A stretch of 64,000 bases of DNA from Felis catus (Eukaryota): contig NC_058368.1 in the NCBI RefSeq assembly GCF_018350175.1, forward strand, positions 16,556,001 through 16,620,000. Direction: 5' to 3'. Position 1 is the stretch's first letter. Each line of letters opens with the position of its first letter. Shown here in pieces: positions 38,243 through 51,765 of the stretch. Both the position numbers and the translations under genes were made by a program. The notes below the pieces were generated by a model. That model had not been told where the DNA came from, did no database searches, and saw only the letters and a list, made by a program, of their open reading frames with translations.

Positions 38243-38870
38243 CAATTTCATTCCTATTCATGAAAGAAAGAGGAGGCATACAATTTGTACTCAAGGACTT
38301 AGAGTAAAAATTCAGAAACATCTGTTTAATGAATTAGGTGGTGGAAGAGAGCGGGTGATTAAAATAATAATAGCTTATGTAAAGATCAAGGCTATAAAGC
38401 CGTGAAATGAAGAGAAGGTAACATGCACCTCGTTTTGGAGCCTTCCTTTTCTCATGTGGAGAACGTGTGCTTCATTAAGTCACAGACCTCGGTTAGAAGT
38501 GAGGCTCTGAACGACACGCGTCAGCAGCTCCAACTAGAACGACGATATGTAAATGTGACATTAGTGCCCAGCATAGCAGCTCTGCTGCACGATCACTCCT
38601 TTGTTACTGACTTTGTGCGGGGCAGGTAACACACGTACCAAGTTCCAGAATCTCTTTAGCCGGTTTTGATGACTTTCAGTGCCTCTTCCCAGTGTGACCT
38701 AAAACTTCTTACTTTGTTAGCTCTGAGCTGCCTTTTCACAAATAAATTAAAAATACAGAAATGAACACTCTGAAAACGCATTTGATATTTGAGATTTGTG
38801 AAAATGTGCATCACGCTTTCAGTTGTCTTTTCCTGCCCTAGAATCACAATTTTTGAAGAATTCTTTGGAA

Positions 38871-38871
<1 letters not shown>

Positions 38872-38906
<35 letters not shown>
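38872..38906. repeat. (TG)n microsatellite, about 17 units
   Basis: Read directly. Confidence 0.97.
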
Positions 38907-38909
<3 letters not shown>

Positions 38910-38992
38910 CACATCTAGGATTACTGAGTCAGATTATGGAATGTAGGAATGAAAATATTTTTATTTTTCACACTAAATGTTAAAATGTTCTT

Positions 38993-39201
38993 GGGGCACC
39001 TGGGTGGCTCAGTCGGTTAAGCATCCGACTTCAGCTCGGGTCATGATTTCACGGTCGGTGAGTTTGAGCCCCGCATTGGGCTCTGTGCTGACAGCTCAGA
39101 GCCTGGAGCCCATTTCAGATTCTGTGTCTCCCTCTCTCTCTCCCCCTCCCCCGTTCCTGCTCTGTCTCTCTCTGTCACTAAAATAAACATTAAAAAAATT
39201 T
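38993..39201 (+). mobile_element. Can-SINE
   Basis: Canonical head; flanking repeat AAATGTTCTTG at 38983 and 39202. Confidence 0.96.
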
Positions 39202-40119
39202 AAATGTTCTTGCAAGTGGAAACTGGTAAAGAACAGTGCTGTAAGTGAAAAGTAATACCAAGAGAAGAGAGATGGTTATTGAATCATTTACCACAAATTA
39301 TACCCCAAAAGGCAAGAAAAAAAATGGTCAAGAGCAAATAAATCCAGCTTTAAGGATTAAACTGATTTTGATTCAACAGATAAGTAATTTTATGTTGTTC
39401 TTTGCCATTGTTTATAAAGGGACAATATTTGGGGCAGACACATATTTGTGTATGTCCCTCTCACAAGACAGTTCTTGAGTGATGGGTCTCAGTTTTATCA
39501 TGTAAGTTCAGTTCATTGAGGCTGATTACTCATTAATTTTCAAGGTTGAAAACGAAAAAATGTTAATGGCAAACAGATAATGTTTCTTCTAGCTAACTAG
39601 CGCTGAAAGGAAACAGTGAAATGGCCAGAGAACAGACACAATAGGCCTATAGATGGTGCTGTGGAGAAAATTTAAAAGTCTTAACACCTTTATGTCCAGA
39701 CACCACAGTTGGTAGAAATTATTGAATGACAAAAATTTGTATCATCTAGGAAAAGCCCTAAGGCGTTTAACTCCATTTCTAGGTTTTATAGGGGAGGGAC
39801 TGAGAAAAAAATAATTTCCTAAGATCGTAAAATAGAACTAGCTCGCCCAGAAACCAATGCTCTCAAATGGAGAAAAAGCAGCTGGCAAATGAGTGGAAGG
39901 GCCATGTGACCAAAACTAGCAACAGCAGGTTATGTTGGTTAGCTCCTAGTGTAGAATACTAGACACAAATCTAATTAATAAAAAAGAAATGTGGAAATTG
40001 CTGAGGTACAGAAAACATTTCCACAGTCCAGGTGGATTCCTTGGATCATATCGACTAGAATTTATTTGAAATAGAAACAAGGAAATGAAAGAAATAAATT
40101 ATGCTCATTGGGACAGTTG

Positions 40120-40304
40120 TTTTTTCCTTTGGTGGGGGAAAGTGCAAACAGAGGAGGGGCGGAGAGAGGGGAACAGAGGATCTGAAGTGGGCTCTCTGCT
40201 GACAGGCTGCCAGCAGTGAGCCCAATGTGGGGTTCAAACTCACAAACCATGAGATCATGACCTGAGCCGATGTTGGACGCTCAACTGAGCCACACAAGTG
40301 CCCC
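40120..40304 (-). mobile_element. Can-SINE
   Basis: Degenerate TSD TGCTCATTGGGACAGTTG (40102-40119) and TGCTCGCTGGGACAATTG (40305-40322). Confidence 0.93.
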
Positions 40305-41321
40305 TGCTCGCTGGGACAATTGCAAGTTGCTCCCTCCATCCCTGCTTTGCCCACCAGCTTCAAATGACTTTGACAAATGTTTTAAGAGAGACGTGTGAGC
40401 TATAGAGAATAATATGTGCAACTTAGTAAACAATTAAGTGATACCAATTTCCTTGTTCCTTTCTCTTATTATGTAATAATTCTTTTATTATATTATCAAT
40501 TATCAAATTATCAAATTCCCATTTATGCTAAATAATATATATCTGATTTTTGTATTAGCATGCTGATTCATAAGTGCAAGAGATTGTTATGAAAGAAACA
40601 GGTCTACCAACTTTTGTCCTATTCTTTAATAAAACACTAGCCTTGCTTTTCTCATATGGTTTGCAAACTTTGTTTTCTTCCAAAATTGTTATGCTCTATT
40701 TTATCCTTCTTTCGAATGAGTCCTTTTCAGAATAGAAAGCATTACATAATAAAATATAACAAATTAGTACTCTTTCTAGGTTCTTCAACGTACATGTTTG
40801 TTCCCACTAAGCAATCAGATAACTGTAAATATTTTTCTTGGAATCTAAAATATTCATTCCAACAAATGTCTACCATGTCGTCCATAATGGCATAGACTAT
40901 CTCTTAATTGGTTCTTTGTCGGTATAAAGCACAGTATAAAGCACATGGGATCGTGAAGTGCTTCAAATGTCACAGAAAAAGGAAAATGAGAGATGAACAT
41001 TTGATAAGCAGAAAAAATATTCAGAGACAGGAAAAAGGACAGAGGGTACAGTGGAAACAATGGTGTGAATGAGATGACAAGAAAGAAAAATGGCAAATAC
41101 AATCATCACTCAAACCTCTATAAATGGAAAGGCATACCATTCTCCATTCACCCACTTCCACTCCGTCTCTTACTACAATTTACCAAATGTTCCCTTTTTA
41201 TAGGTGGAATTTCTACTTATGATAAATAAATTTACAATCGGGACACAGGTTATGGAATATAAAGGGAAAGCTAGAACCCAGTGCTGAAAAGATTTTCTCA
41301 CTTAGAATCTCGGTAAAAGAA

Positions 41322-41520
41322 GGGCCACCTGGTGGCTCAGCTGGTTATGTGTCTCTTGATTTGGGCTCAGGTTGTGATCTCACGGTTCATGAGATTGAGC
41401 CCAAATAGAGCTCTTGCTGACATGCAGAGCCTGCCTGGGATTCTCTCTCTACTACTCTCTATGCTCCTCCCCTGATCGTTCTCTTTCTCTATCAAATAAA
41501 TAAACATTTCAAAAAAAAAA
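41322..41520 (+). mobile_element. Can-SINE (diverged)
   Basis: GGGCCACCTGGTGGCTCAG head, (CT) linker, AATAAA and A tail. Confidence 0.93.
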
Positions 41521-41789
41521 TCTCAGCCAAAGAGACTTTTTCCAAGTAGGATGCCATTCAATACATTTCTTTACTGTATTTTCTAGATAATTGCTATCAA
41601 TTTGATTGTACACGTAAAACAACAACAGTCTGTTGGGCTTAGGAAACCATATCTAATAATACTTTTTTAAAAACATGAATTCTGTCTTTAGCTCTGATGA
41701 TTGAATTAAAATTAAGGTCTGAGGTTAACAATTGTCTTTTTTCTGCCATCTCAACTTAACTTTCTCTTACAGTGAAAACCACTCTTCCC

Positions 41790-42347
41790 TCCTCTAACCT
41801 CTAGAAACTCACTGAACCCCCCCCCCCCAACTACCATCATAGAAAAGGCCAGATATCCTCTGGTCTTAATGATTGGACTGAAAGATGAGCCCTTGACAAA
41901 GGCTGGACAAATTATTCACTGGGATTTATTTGTGATAAAAAGTGAAGCCCTCCCTGTCCTCGGAAGCTTCTGAGATAAGATAATTTAAGCTTAGCACTAC
42001 CTATAGTTGTATTTCCTATTTTGTGGAGAAAGCAATGACTTTTCAGAATAAATGTTCTCCATAATCTCAGCAGAAGAGATTGCAGGACAGCAAACAGAGA
42101 GGGGAGAGAGATGGAGATGTTGCATATAATGACAGAGATAAAAATGAATATAAAGAAAGAGATCTAGAGGCAGCAACTGAGTTTCTGAAACCAGTTGAGC
42201 CTGAGAGAAGACCTATATCTGCCCATTCTCTTTAGGTGACACAATACCCTTTTGTTGGTTGGCTTAATGGAGTCGTTTTCTTCTGTTAAACTCCAAATAT
42301 TGAATTGGGGTCCTGTTGGTTAAAAAAAAAAGAAGTCCTGCTTAATA
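41790..42347 (+). mobile_element. Old MaLR LTR (MLT1J/K/L-like)
   Basis: TGATTGGACTGAAAGATGAGCCCTTGAC... CTGAAACCAGTTGAGCCTGA... AAGAAGTCCTGCTTAATA resemble late MLT1 LTR landmarks. Confidence 0.5.
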
Positions 42348-42401
42348 AAAGGACAAAGGTGTGATAATAGAAAGAATGTAAGGACTTGAAAGTCTATTCG
42401 A

Positions 42402-42654
42402 GGGGCGCCTGGGTGGCGCAGTCGGTTAAGCGTCCGACTTCGGCCAGGTCACGATCTCGCGGTCTGTGAGTTCGAGCCCCGCGTCAGGCTCTGGGCTGAT
42501 GGCTCGGAGCCTGGAGCCTGTTTCCGATTCTGTGTCTCCCTCTCTCTCTGCCCCTCCCCCGTTCATGCTCTGTCTCTCTCTGTCCCAAAAATAAATAAAA
42601 ACGTTAAAAAAAATTTAAAAAAATAAATAAAAAAATAAATAAAATTTAAAAAAA
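42402..42654 (+). mobile_element. Young felid Can-SINE (SINEC_Fc-type)
   Basis: CpG-intact body, long A-rich tail, perfect 14-bp TSD GAAAGTCTATTCGA at 42388-42401 and 42655-42668. Confidence 0.98.
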
Positions 42655-43121
42655 GAAAGTCTATTCGAATATCAGTCTACAACTTTTTGGCTGTGAGACA
42701 TTAGAAAAGTGATTTTTTCTATTTTAATGTCAGTCCATGTACTAGTAAAATGTGGATGCTAAGCTTTGTCTCAAATAATTGCTGGAAAAATCAAATGTGA
42801 GTTGAAGAGTGGATGGGACATCTAATTGTTCTGCACTGAATTGGAAGGTCTGCCCAGATGGATTATATTAGAAAACCGAGCTAGAAATGGAGTACAGTGG
42901 AGAACAAAGAAAGAGTGGATTGATTTCCAAGATGCTATAGGCCACCTTAGTGAAAATGCTCCATGCTCTGATATATGGTTACTCTTTGTACTAGGAAGTC
43001 CTCTTGGCCTTGCCCGAAGTAACTATCTTCACAGTTCCCCCCCCCCCCGAAATGGATCCCTGTCTCCGATAATCAATCCCCAAACCCTTCTTCTTCTTCT
43101 TCTTTTAAAAATCTTGCCCAG

Positions 43122-43350
43122 ATTTTTATTTCATTTTATTTTTTAAGGTGTATTTCTTTATTTTGAGAGAGAAAGAAAGAGAGCGTGGGGAGGGGCAGAG
43201 AGAGAGGGAGAGAGAGAATCCCATGCCAGCTCCATGTTGTAAGGACAGAGCCCAATGAGGGACTTGATCTTATGAATCTTGGGCCAATATCATGACCCGA
43301 GCAGAAATCGGGAGTCTGAGGCTTTACCGACTGAGCCACCCAGACAACCC
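43122..43350 (-). mobile_element. Can-SINE
   Basis: CTGAGCCACCCAG head on the minus strand; flanking repeat CTTGCCCAG. Confidence 0.94.
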
Positions 43351-43587
43351 TTGCCCAGCTTTAAACCAACAAGTCTACGAGACCATCTTTGCAACTATTT
43401 TATTGTTTTTGGCAGGCTTTGCAGCTCTTTATCTTCTTTAGGGAAATGAGTACTTGAGACCCACTTTAATGACTTTTATGAATTTTGGCTTCTCTTTTAT
43501 TTTCTTTTGTATTCTGATGTACACCATTTAGTGATTTTTAATGTAGAACATAAAAACTGTCTTCTGTTCTATTTCAATAAGGCTTTT

Positions 43588-43625
<38 letters not shown>
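43588..43625. repeat. (TTG)n microsatellite, about 12 units
   Basis: Read directly. Confidence 0.97.
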
Positions 43626-44556
43626 ACTGTTACCAATGTTTCCTGTGTGCTTCTGGATATATGCCATAAACCACATTTTAGTCTGTTTTATGAACCCAGA
43701 GAAAATGACACCTGTGACACGTAGGAATGGCATCTTACCTGTCGTATTATTTCATTGTTAATGGTTTAATGACTGCAATAAAGCAGAGCTGAGCGATCAC
43801 ATCGTGTCCTCTGAGTAGCCTGTGCTTCAGCCTGGCACTTCTTCCTGTTTATTGACTCTAACGCTTTTGAGAAGAGGTGTTTGCTTTGTTTTTTGTTTTT
43901 TGTTTTTTGTTTTTATATCATTGTGTGAGAATGGCAAAGAATAGTAGGAGAAAATGGCTGGGACAAGGTTACTAATGGATGTACCTGCCATCAGGTGATC
44001 TCTTCTGGATTGAGATGTTTTGCCTCTTTTCAACATTTGCCTTTCAGCACCCCTGAGCCCCAAAGTACAATACCAATAGATACAGTATAAAACAAAATGT
44101 GATTGAAGCATGCTGAAATGATCCTAAGTTTCCATTTCTAGAATGAATCATTCTGGATGAGTTCTTGACTGAAGTATTTTGCATTGCATCTCTTTCTCAA
44201 ATGCTACTTGTTTGTGAAATCTTTACATAAGGAAAACTTACCAGAGAAGCAGGAAACTTTAAAAAGCTACATAGGTAGAATTCTGATGAATTAGAAAATT
44301 TCTACACTGGGGAATAACAAATGAATATTCTATACTCTAGAGTCACTTGTTGAATAGAATACTGACTAAGGCAAGGTTTCCATAGGCAAAAACAGTATAC
44401 CTCAAAAGGTACCAATAAAATGCTGAAATAGGTGATTTGTAGCTTACAATCAATTTCTGAAACTGGAAAACCATCAATAGCAAGTCACTGTGGACTTGTT
44501 TGTCATAAGTTTTAAATACCATCGCTGTGCTGCTAATCCTTCTATAGCATATTCTA

Positions 44557-44596
44557 TGATGATATTGATGATGATGGTGATGGTGATGATGATGAT
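44557..44596. repeat. Imperfect (GAT)n repeat
   Basis: Read directly. Confidence 0.85.
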
Positions 44597-45399
44597 AGTT
44601 TTCTCTAATGGTATAATTACATAAATTATCTTAGTTTTAAATTGCTTGTCTGCAAATGGTATTATGTCCTATTTTTCTCCCTTAGTACCAAGCACAGAAT
44701 ACAAAGAAAAACTTAAATACAGGTCTAGGTGGGGATAAAAATGGCTCTTACTAACTTTGATGAGGAAACTATGACATAGAGAAGAGTTCACTGTCTCAAA
44801 GTCACCCTACTTTTTAGTAATGAAATCTGGGGCTCTTAACATCTAATCAAGTGCTGATTATCTGAAATTGTCAATAAGTAATGCTAATCTCAGGGGTCTT
44901 TATACCTGGAAAGGAAAAGAAGAAGAAGAAAAGATAAAAGGAGACCTCTTTTTCCTATGACTTGCTGAATAATCCAGGCTGTCAAATTTATGCAAACTCA
45001 CACTCCAGATTAGAATATTAAGGAAAGTCATTTTTATAAAACAAGATGTTTATTTCAGATTAGGGACACGTGGGTCACACTACTGGAAGTACTTTCTCAA
45101 CAAAACAGCTTTGCCCCTTCTTCGTAGAAGACGATGCATACATCTGGAATGGCTCAGGAGAATTTATCAATGTTTACTATTTTGTACAGATTGTACACAT
45201 ATTATCTGCTTTAAGCTACAAAGAGCCCTGCAGGATTGATCGTCCCATTCCTGCCCTACGGGCCATTCAGATAATTGAGGCTCAGAGAATTTAGGAAACA
45301 GTTTGAAGTCACAGAGGAGCACAGCAGAACCAGGCAGATCTGCCCAAGCAGATTATCTGATTCCCAAGCTTCTGCGTGTCCATTCCTCAGAACTACCTC

Positions 45400-45580
45400 C
45401 ATACAGAAGAGTGGATCTAACCTTGTCCATGTATTAGAATCATGTGGGGAGCTAAAAAACATTATTCTTCTTATTTTTTAAAGCACTCACGACAAGACCC
45501 CACCTACGACCGATTAAGTTGAAATCTCTTGGTGGAGCCTGAGGATGCTAGCGTGCACCCAGGTTTGTGGGCTTTTGTTC
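45400..45580. mobile_element. MER5-like DNA transposon fragment
   Basis: TATTAGAATCATGTGGGGAGCT... GACCCCACC... GATTAAGTTGAAATCTCTTGGTGGAGCCTG. Confidence 0.55.
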
Positions 45581-48500
45581 TGGAAGACAATCAGTAGAAT
45601 CACTGGCTCATGAAAGGGAATGAGCCATGAGAGCAATTCCTCATTGCTATAGCAGTCTTGGTGGGGGAGGGGGGGCATAGTATTTATCATCCAAATCAGG
45701 GCACATGAGCGAGTGCAAAGAAAGTGGTATTAATAAAAAGCAGGGACAACTAATATAAACCAGGTTGTCTTGAGCTAACAGATCGGTATTTTTACCTTCT
45801 CCATGATCTCAGACTGAGTCCCAGGATATTGCAAGTCTAACAGCAAGGACTGCTTTATTTAACGCTGCCTATGATGGAGTGTGGCACAAAGGATACACTT
45901 GATATTTGCAAGATGAATACATTCAAGGCTGTTTTCCCCTATTTTACAGAATATCATTTTCTCACTTAAAATAATGGCTGAAATCATGTAAAGTAGATTT
46001 AAAAAATAGCCATTATTTTCTGAAAACAAAAACAAAGAGCTTACATACTATTTCCCTATGGAAAAGCTTTCTGGACAGGTGTTATCCCAATGTCCTCCTT
46101 CACTCTGTTCTATTTAGTAGAATATGTCATTTACTGTGGGAATTGTCAGAATCATCTTCCCCCTTGTTTTATATAGATCTGAGTTTTTGGCTGAGATAAA
46201 TAAACCTATGGATACTTCATGTATTTGAATAGCAACATAATTACATTTACACTCAAAAAAAAGATAGGGGTAGTTTTGTACAAATGACAATCCTAGACAG
46301 AATACATAGGAGATAAGGAGACAAATTTTGGTTGGATAATGGACTAAACCTTATTACCCAAAGCAACAGGCCATATCTAATCGCCATATCTCCGGATGGC
46401 AATTCAAAAGAACACACGCGGCAGTAATGTGACCAACATAATGGTCTTGAGATTATTTAAATCACCATAAGTAAGCTTCATAACTTAAGATACAGAGCAA
46501 ACTATTTATTTTGAATAAAAGCTCAGAACTTTTAAATGGCAAGGACTTATTGTGCACTAACGTACACTTAAAAGAAGCCCCAGAGGATGCAATCTTTTGA
46601 GCCTTTTTAAATCCTCCTGTTTATAGTTTATACTGCTAAATTAACATAGAAGCAAGTGAGCTTTTCCTATGTGCCACACAGAATAATAGATTACAGAAGC
46701 CTTCCAGAATATGTAGCTCTATGAAAAGCTCTCAAAGATACATTTAATTCAAGTTCTCTTTCCAATCATAAAAGTTGATTAATTCTTGATTGAAAACATA
46801 ACACTAGACAAAGTAATGTTAAGTAAAATGTTTTTTGTTCTGAGGTTTATTAAACAGTGTAATTGTATCAACCTTTTCCTAGGAAAATATTTTATACGAT
46901 TGTATTGTACTAGATTATTCAAAACACTAACCTGTGGGTATATATTACAGGAAAACAAGATAAATATAAAAAGACTTATTTTAAAAGAGAAATATAAATT
47001 ATTTGTGTACATTCTAAATTAAGAGCAGAAACTGAGAAATAACTTTTAAAAATATGATTCTGGTCCTCCAGTAACTTCTGCTTTCATTTGTCTTTACTTT
47101 TCTTTTCCTTCTTGATGCTCCCTGTAGTTTCTGAAGGTTTAGCCCTCAAATCTCCTCGCTCTCAGGGGAATAACAGGTTTCATTTCTCACCACCAAGCAG
47201 ATGGTTCCCAAATCTGTGCTTTAATTCGTCTTTCTTGCCACAGCTTCTCCTTTGATCTATAATTTCACATTCCCAAATGAAACTCTCACTGGGTTGTTCC
47301 TCGCTAATGTCAAACAATGATTCTACAAATGAATCCATCATGAAAGTTAGAGATAAACACACAGCTTTTGGTGATCTTGTCCGATATATTTTACACAACG
47401 TTCAATTCCCTTTTGTGGAATTAACAAACGTAGTCGTTCAACATCCTCACTATTTATCTTCGCTATTTTGCATGGACTCCTTAACCCCACAGCCTCAATT
47501 TTTTGGCCCCTGAGCCGTGTTTTCTCTCCTACAAACATGCGTTAGACGCCTGCTCCCAGAGCATGCACTGGGACATTCCAGTTACTCCTCTGTAATGGCA
47601 GCCTTGGATTCGCTGATTATGGGAATCGGATTTCCATTGTTGTTGTGGCCTCTGTTTCTCTGGTGGAAAAATTGCTATCTCCTGTAACCACAGCAACAAA
47701 AACATGACTTTCTCTGCCCCAATTCCAAAATTTAATTTCCCATGAAGCATCCAAAGAGAAGTAAGACATTGTTTAAGTTTGGAAATTTGCATTTGGACTG
47801 GGGAAATGATTATCAACCTACTTTTTTTGCCCTATTTCTATTTACTGTGTAGAAAGCCGTCAGATTTTTTTTCCCCTTAAGAGATAAGGACTACGTTATT
47901 CTAATGCATCTAAGTGTTATTTTAAACTAGTTTTTACTTTATTATTTTGAGTGACTTAATGCAAAGAAAGAAATCTAGATTTAGCCATGTCCTAGTAGGG
48001 ATAAAAAATAAAATGGAAAGTGGAATAATGCTACCACCCACTGTGGGCCAGAGGGAGAAGGTTTTAAAATTATTCAATCTTAAATTTTTATAGATAGCTT
48101 CATATGCCATTATCAAGTAATATAAGTAGGCCTGCCAAGACAAAAATATAAGTTGTACCACTGAATACTTTATGCACTAATAAAGTCTGACACCACATGG
48201 GCGTTAAGTAGTTAACTATTAAAACCCCCTTCTAGTACACCTCAAGAGGCAGCAAGCAAACTGAACATTTCTGCAGAGGTAGAAAGACTGTCAGATATGA
48301 CTTACCCTGGAAGTTATCCTTCTCCAAAACGAAGGCAGTCTATGTAAACTCATTTCCAATGCACTGAAACAAGGAGGGATTCCTGGGAAATAAGTCATGG
48401 CAGCAGGGAATTAGTAGATGAAAGAGACAGAAATCCCCGTTTCTAAAAATACCTTGATTTGTCCAGTACCTAATTAAGAACATGGACAGCTAAAGCTATC

Positions 48501-49477
48501 CAACTATACGTAGTTGATGAAGATATTTATAAAATAATTATATGCCTACCCCTTTGTATACTTTGCCAGATTGCACTTTCCATTAAAGTCATTCTTGTTC
48601 GCCACACATGTATAGCAAGAATTTATCATAGTGACTGGTACATATTAGGCACTAAATAACTGTAAGGAGGTACTGAGAATTTTCTACAAGTAATGTAAAA
48701 GCCCTGACAAGAAGAAAGGACAGCTCAGGGCATGGATGAATCAGAAGGTGACTAGCAGATAATGTAGAAGCAAGTGAAAAAAAAAAAAATAATAATAGCA
48801 AGCTGTCATATAATGCTCACTATATGCTGGGTGAGATTGTATATAAATTTATTTAGTTCTCTTAGTAAGTGTCTATAGTAGGAACTATTACATCAGGGAA
48901 AAATTAAAGGTATAGAAATTAAAAATGAGTAAATAATTATTTTAGCTTGCACAGGATATGATTGTTGAACTAGAAATAATTAAGAAATTAAGTTATGAAG
49001 AATTATTTTAAAAGAGAATTCAGTGAATTAGTAAGGTAAACAATTGATATATGATTAATAGCATTCATATATAAAATAATATCTATATAGAATCTATAAT
49101 GAAGGACAAGACCTCATTTGGAATATTAACAGAAAAGGTAAAATATATAGGAAAATTATGAAGAAATTAGCAAAGCTTATGGAAAGACAATTGTAAGATA
49201 TTAAAGAGGGAAAACGAGAAGCTACATAAGTAGATATGTATAAATAATTTTGTGAGATGTGCATAAAGAATCTCTGAAAGGCCAAATGATAAACTCTCCA
49301 AGAACACTTAAGAACCAAAAGCAGGTGTTCTATCTGTTGGAGTTGGGGGTGGTGTGGGAACTGGACCCACTGGGTCAAGGATTGGCGGAAGACTCATTAT
49401 TTTCTCTTTAAATACTTTTTGCTTTTTTAATCCATGAATGGATCACTCATTCTAAACTTAGGAAAGAAGTTTACCCA

Positions 49478-49680
49478 GGGGCACCTGGGTGGCTCAGTCA
49501 GTTAAGCATTCGGCTCTTGATTTCATCTCAGGTCATGATCTCATGGTTCATGAGTCTGAGCCCCGCATCGGCCTCTGTGCTGACAGTGGGGAACCTGCTT
49601 GGGATTCTCTCTCCCCGCCTCTCTCAACCCCTACCTTGCTTGTGTTGTCTTTCAAAATAAATAAATTTTTAAAAAAGAAG
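49478..49680 (+). mobile_element. Can-SINE
   Basis: TSD GAAGTTTACCCA at 49466-49477 and 49681-49692. Confidence 0.96.
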
Positions 49681-50579
49681 GAAGTTTACCCAAATCCCAA
49701 GTATCTATTTTATTTTAAGAGAACAGAATTCTCCATATACATATCACCTAAAAAATGCCCAAAAGTTTTGGCAATCTCACACTCTTTTAAATGGATAAAC
49801 TGTAATGAATATTTTGGGTGAATTATTATAGGCAATAGGTTTCTACCATGGGCAGACAACAAATAAATCACTCATAGTAAATTGTTCAGGCATGTGGGCC
49901 TGTATATCACTGCAATGCTGTGAATCGAGTTCAAATTCACTTTCATCATGAGATGAAGCAAAATGAGAAATTGAAAAGAGCAGGGAAATCATCTGAAGAT
50001 CAGCTTTGAAGGTCTTGCTTCCGAAAGCATGATTTTTTAAAAAAAAGTTTTCAGGGGATTTCAGCAGGAACTTGTAAATATATCTCTATAACTTTCCTGT
50101 CATCAGTTGGAAGATATTGAGTATATTAACTTCTTTAGTTATGGCAACTTCATGACCAGACACCACACAAATGCACTGAATGCTAAGCATCGTATTTTTG
50201 ACTGGAGTTTGTGCAGAAATATTAAAATGACCCCACTAGGAAACAACCCAGCAGAATCAAACTCTGAGACTCACAGTGCAATTCTCCTGGCACTCTAGGG
50301 AAGGACGTGGGTGTTAGGGGATTTAGTGCATGACTTTAGGGCACTTGGTACATGACTTACAATGTGGCAGCATGCTCGAGTCAGTAGGTCATTGAAAACC
50401 TAAAGAGTGATCTTTCCTCAGCCAATTTTAAGGAGGTAGACCATGTCGTTTGCATGTGAATGAGTGTTTTATTATATTAGGTGACTGCCATAAGATGAGG
50501 CTGGTTCAGTATGAAGTCTAGGAAACACATTTATTCCTTTAAAAATTTACCTTCTAATAAACTTAAAAAAAATTTAAAA

Positions 50580-50751
50580 GGGGTGTCTGGAAGGCTCAGT
50601 CAGTTAAGTGTCTGACTCTTGATCCCAGCTCAGGTCATGGTCTCACAGTGTGTGGGTTCAAGCCCCACATTGGGCTCTGGGCTGACAGCATGGAGCCTGT
50701 TTAAGATTCTCTCTCTCCCTCTCTCTCAAAATAAATAAATTAAAAAAAAAG
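50580..50751 (+). mobile_element. Can-SINE
   Basis: GGGGTGTCTGGAAGGCTCAGTCAGTTAAG head, (CT)n linker, A tail. Confidence 0.93.
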
Positions 50752-50864
50752 AAATTATTTTTTCTCATATAGTCATACTGTTACTGGGCAAATCTGAGAC
50801 ATAATAACATAGCACAAATATTAGAGAAACGTAATTTAACATAAGAAAATTCAAAAGGCGGTGA

Positions 50865-51092
50865 TGCACAAGGGTTCTAGATGTGCTTGCATTTGAGTCT
50901 GGGTTGCTTTGCCCACTCGATGAGTGCTTTTTTGACAATTTACTTAACCTTTGTGTGACTAGGTTTCTTCATTTCTAAAATGCATCTCCAGTGACTATCT
51001 CATGGTGTTCTTGAGAGAATAAAATGTATTAATGAATGAATGAGTGCTTCAAGTAGTCTCTGGTACACAGAGTAGTTTAAATAAATGTTAAT
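50865..51092 (+). mobile_element. MIR
   Basis: ACAATTTACTTAACCTTTGTGTGACTAGGTTTCTTCATTTCTAAAATG... CTGGTACACAGAGTAGTTTAAATAAATGTTA. Confidence 0.78.
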
Positions 51093-51578
51093 AATTATTC
51101 TTATTGTATTTCACCTCTTAAACTGAAAAAAGTTAATCATCCGGTTAGTCATTTTTTTCTATCTTAAAAATCAGTGTAGATTACTGTGTATTAGTGATCA
51201 AGATGACTGAAATAAAAAGGCCATACGATACAATATGGAGCTCTGTTCTAAACTGTGGTGCCTGTGGCAGGGAGGCATGGGATGTGATCCACTGAGTTAC
51301 AGAAAGAAACCATTCAAATAGGAATTCTATTAAATAAGAAAATAAAATTTCAATAATAAGAAAAATAATATTTCAATATTAATCTAATGCATATCTTGAA
51401 AACAGTGACTACAAATGGAGATTTTACAGATTGGTGTGAACATTTTGGAAGTTTCGAAATAACTGACGTAAAAGAATAAAGCAATAAAATAAGAAGCAAT
51501 TTTTTAGAATGGGCTGAGCAGGCAGTACGCTGGACCTCTGGTAGAGTTCTGCCATTTATTTACTCTGTAATTCTAGGC

Positions 51579-51765
51579 CAGCAGTACTAAAATGTAATCT
51601 TGCATTGTAGGCATTAGCATCACCAGGTAACTTCTTAGAAATGCAGATTCTGGAGCCCCCCCCCCCCCCCCGACCTGAATCAAAAATTCTGAATGTGAAG
51701 TTCAGCAGTCTATTTCAACACCTTCTAGGTGGTCCTCATTCAGGCTGAAGTTTAGGACAATCCTC
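51579..51765. mobile_element. MER5A-like element with an internal poly-C, apparently within a MIR
   Basis: GCATTAGCATCACCAGGTAACTTCTTAGAAATGCAGATTCTGG... TGAATCAAAAATTCTG... GCTGAAGTTTAGGACAA. Confidence 0.75.

Noticed and set aside
42402..42485. tRNA-like A and B boxes
   Set aside because: This is the tRNA-derived head of a Can-SINE, not a tRNA gene.
43507..43761. Poly-Leu ORF resembling a signal peptide or membrane segment
   Set aside because: Translation of the (TTG)n repeat.
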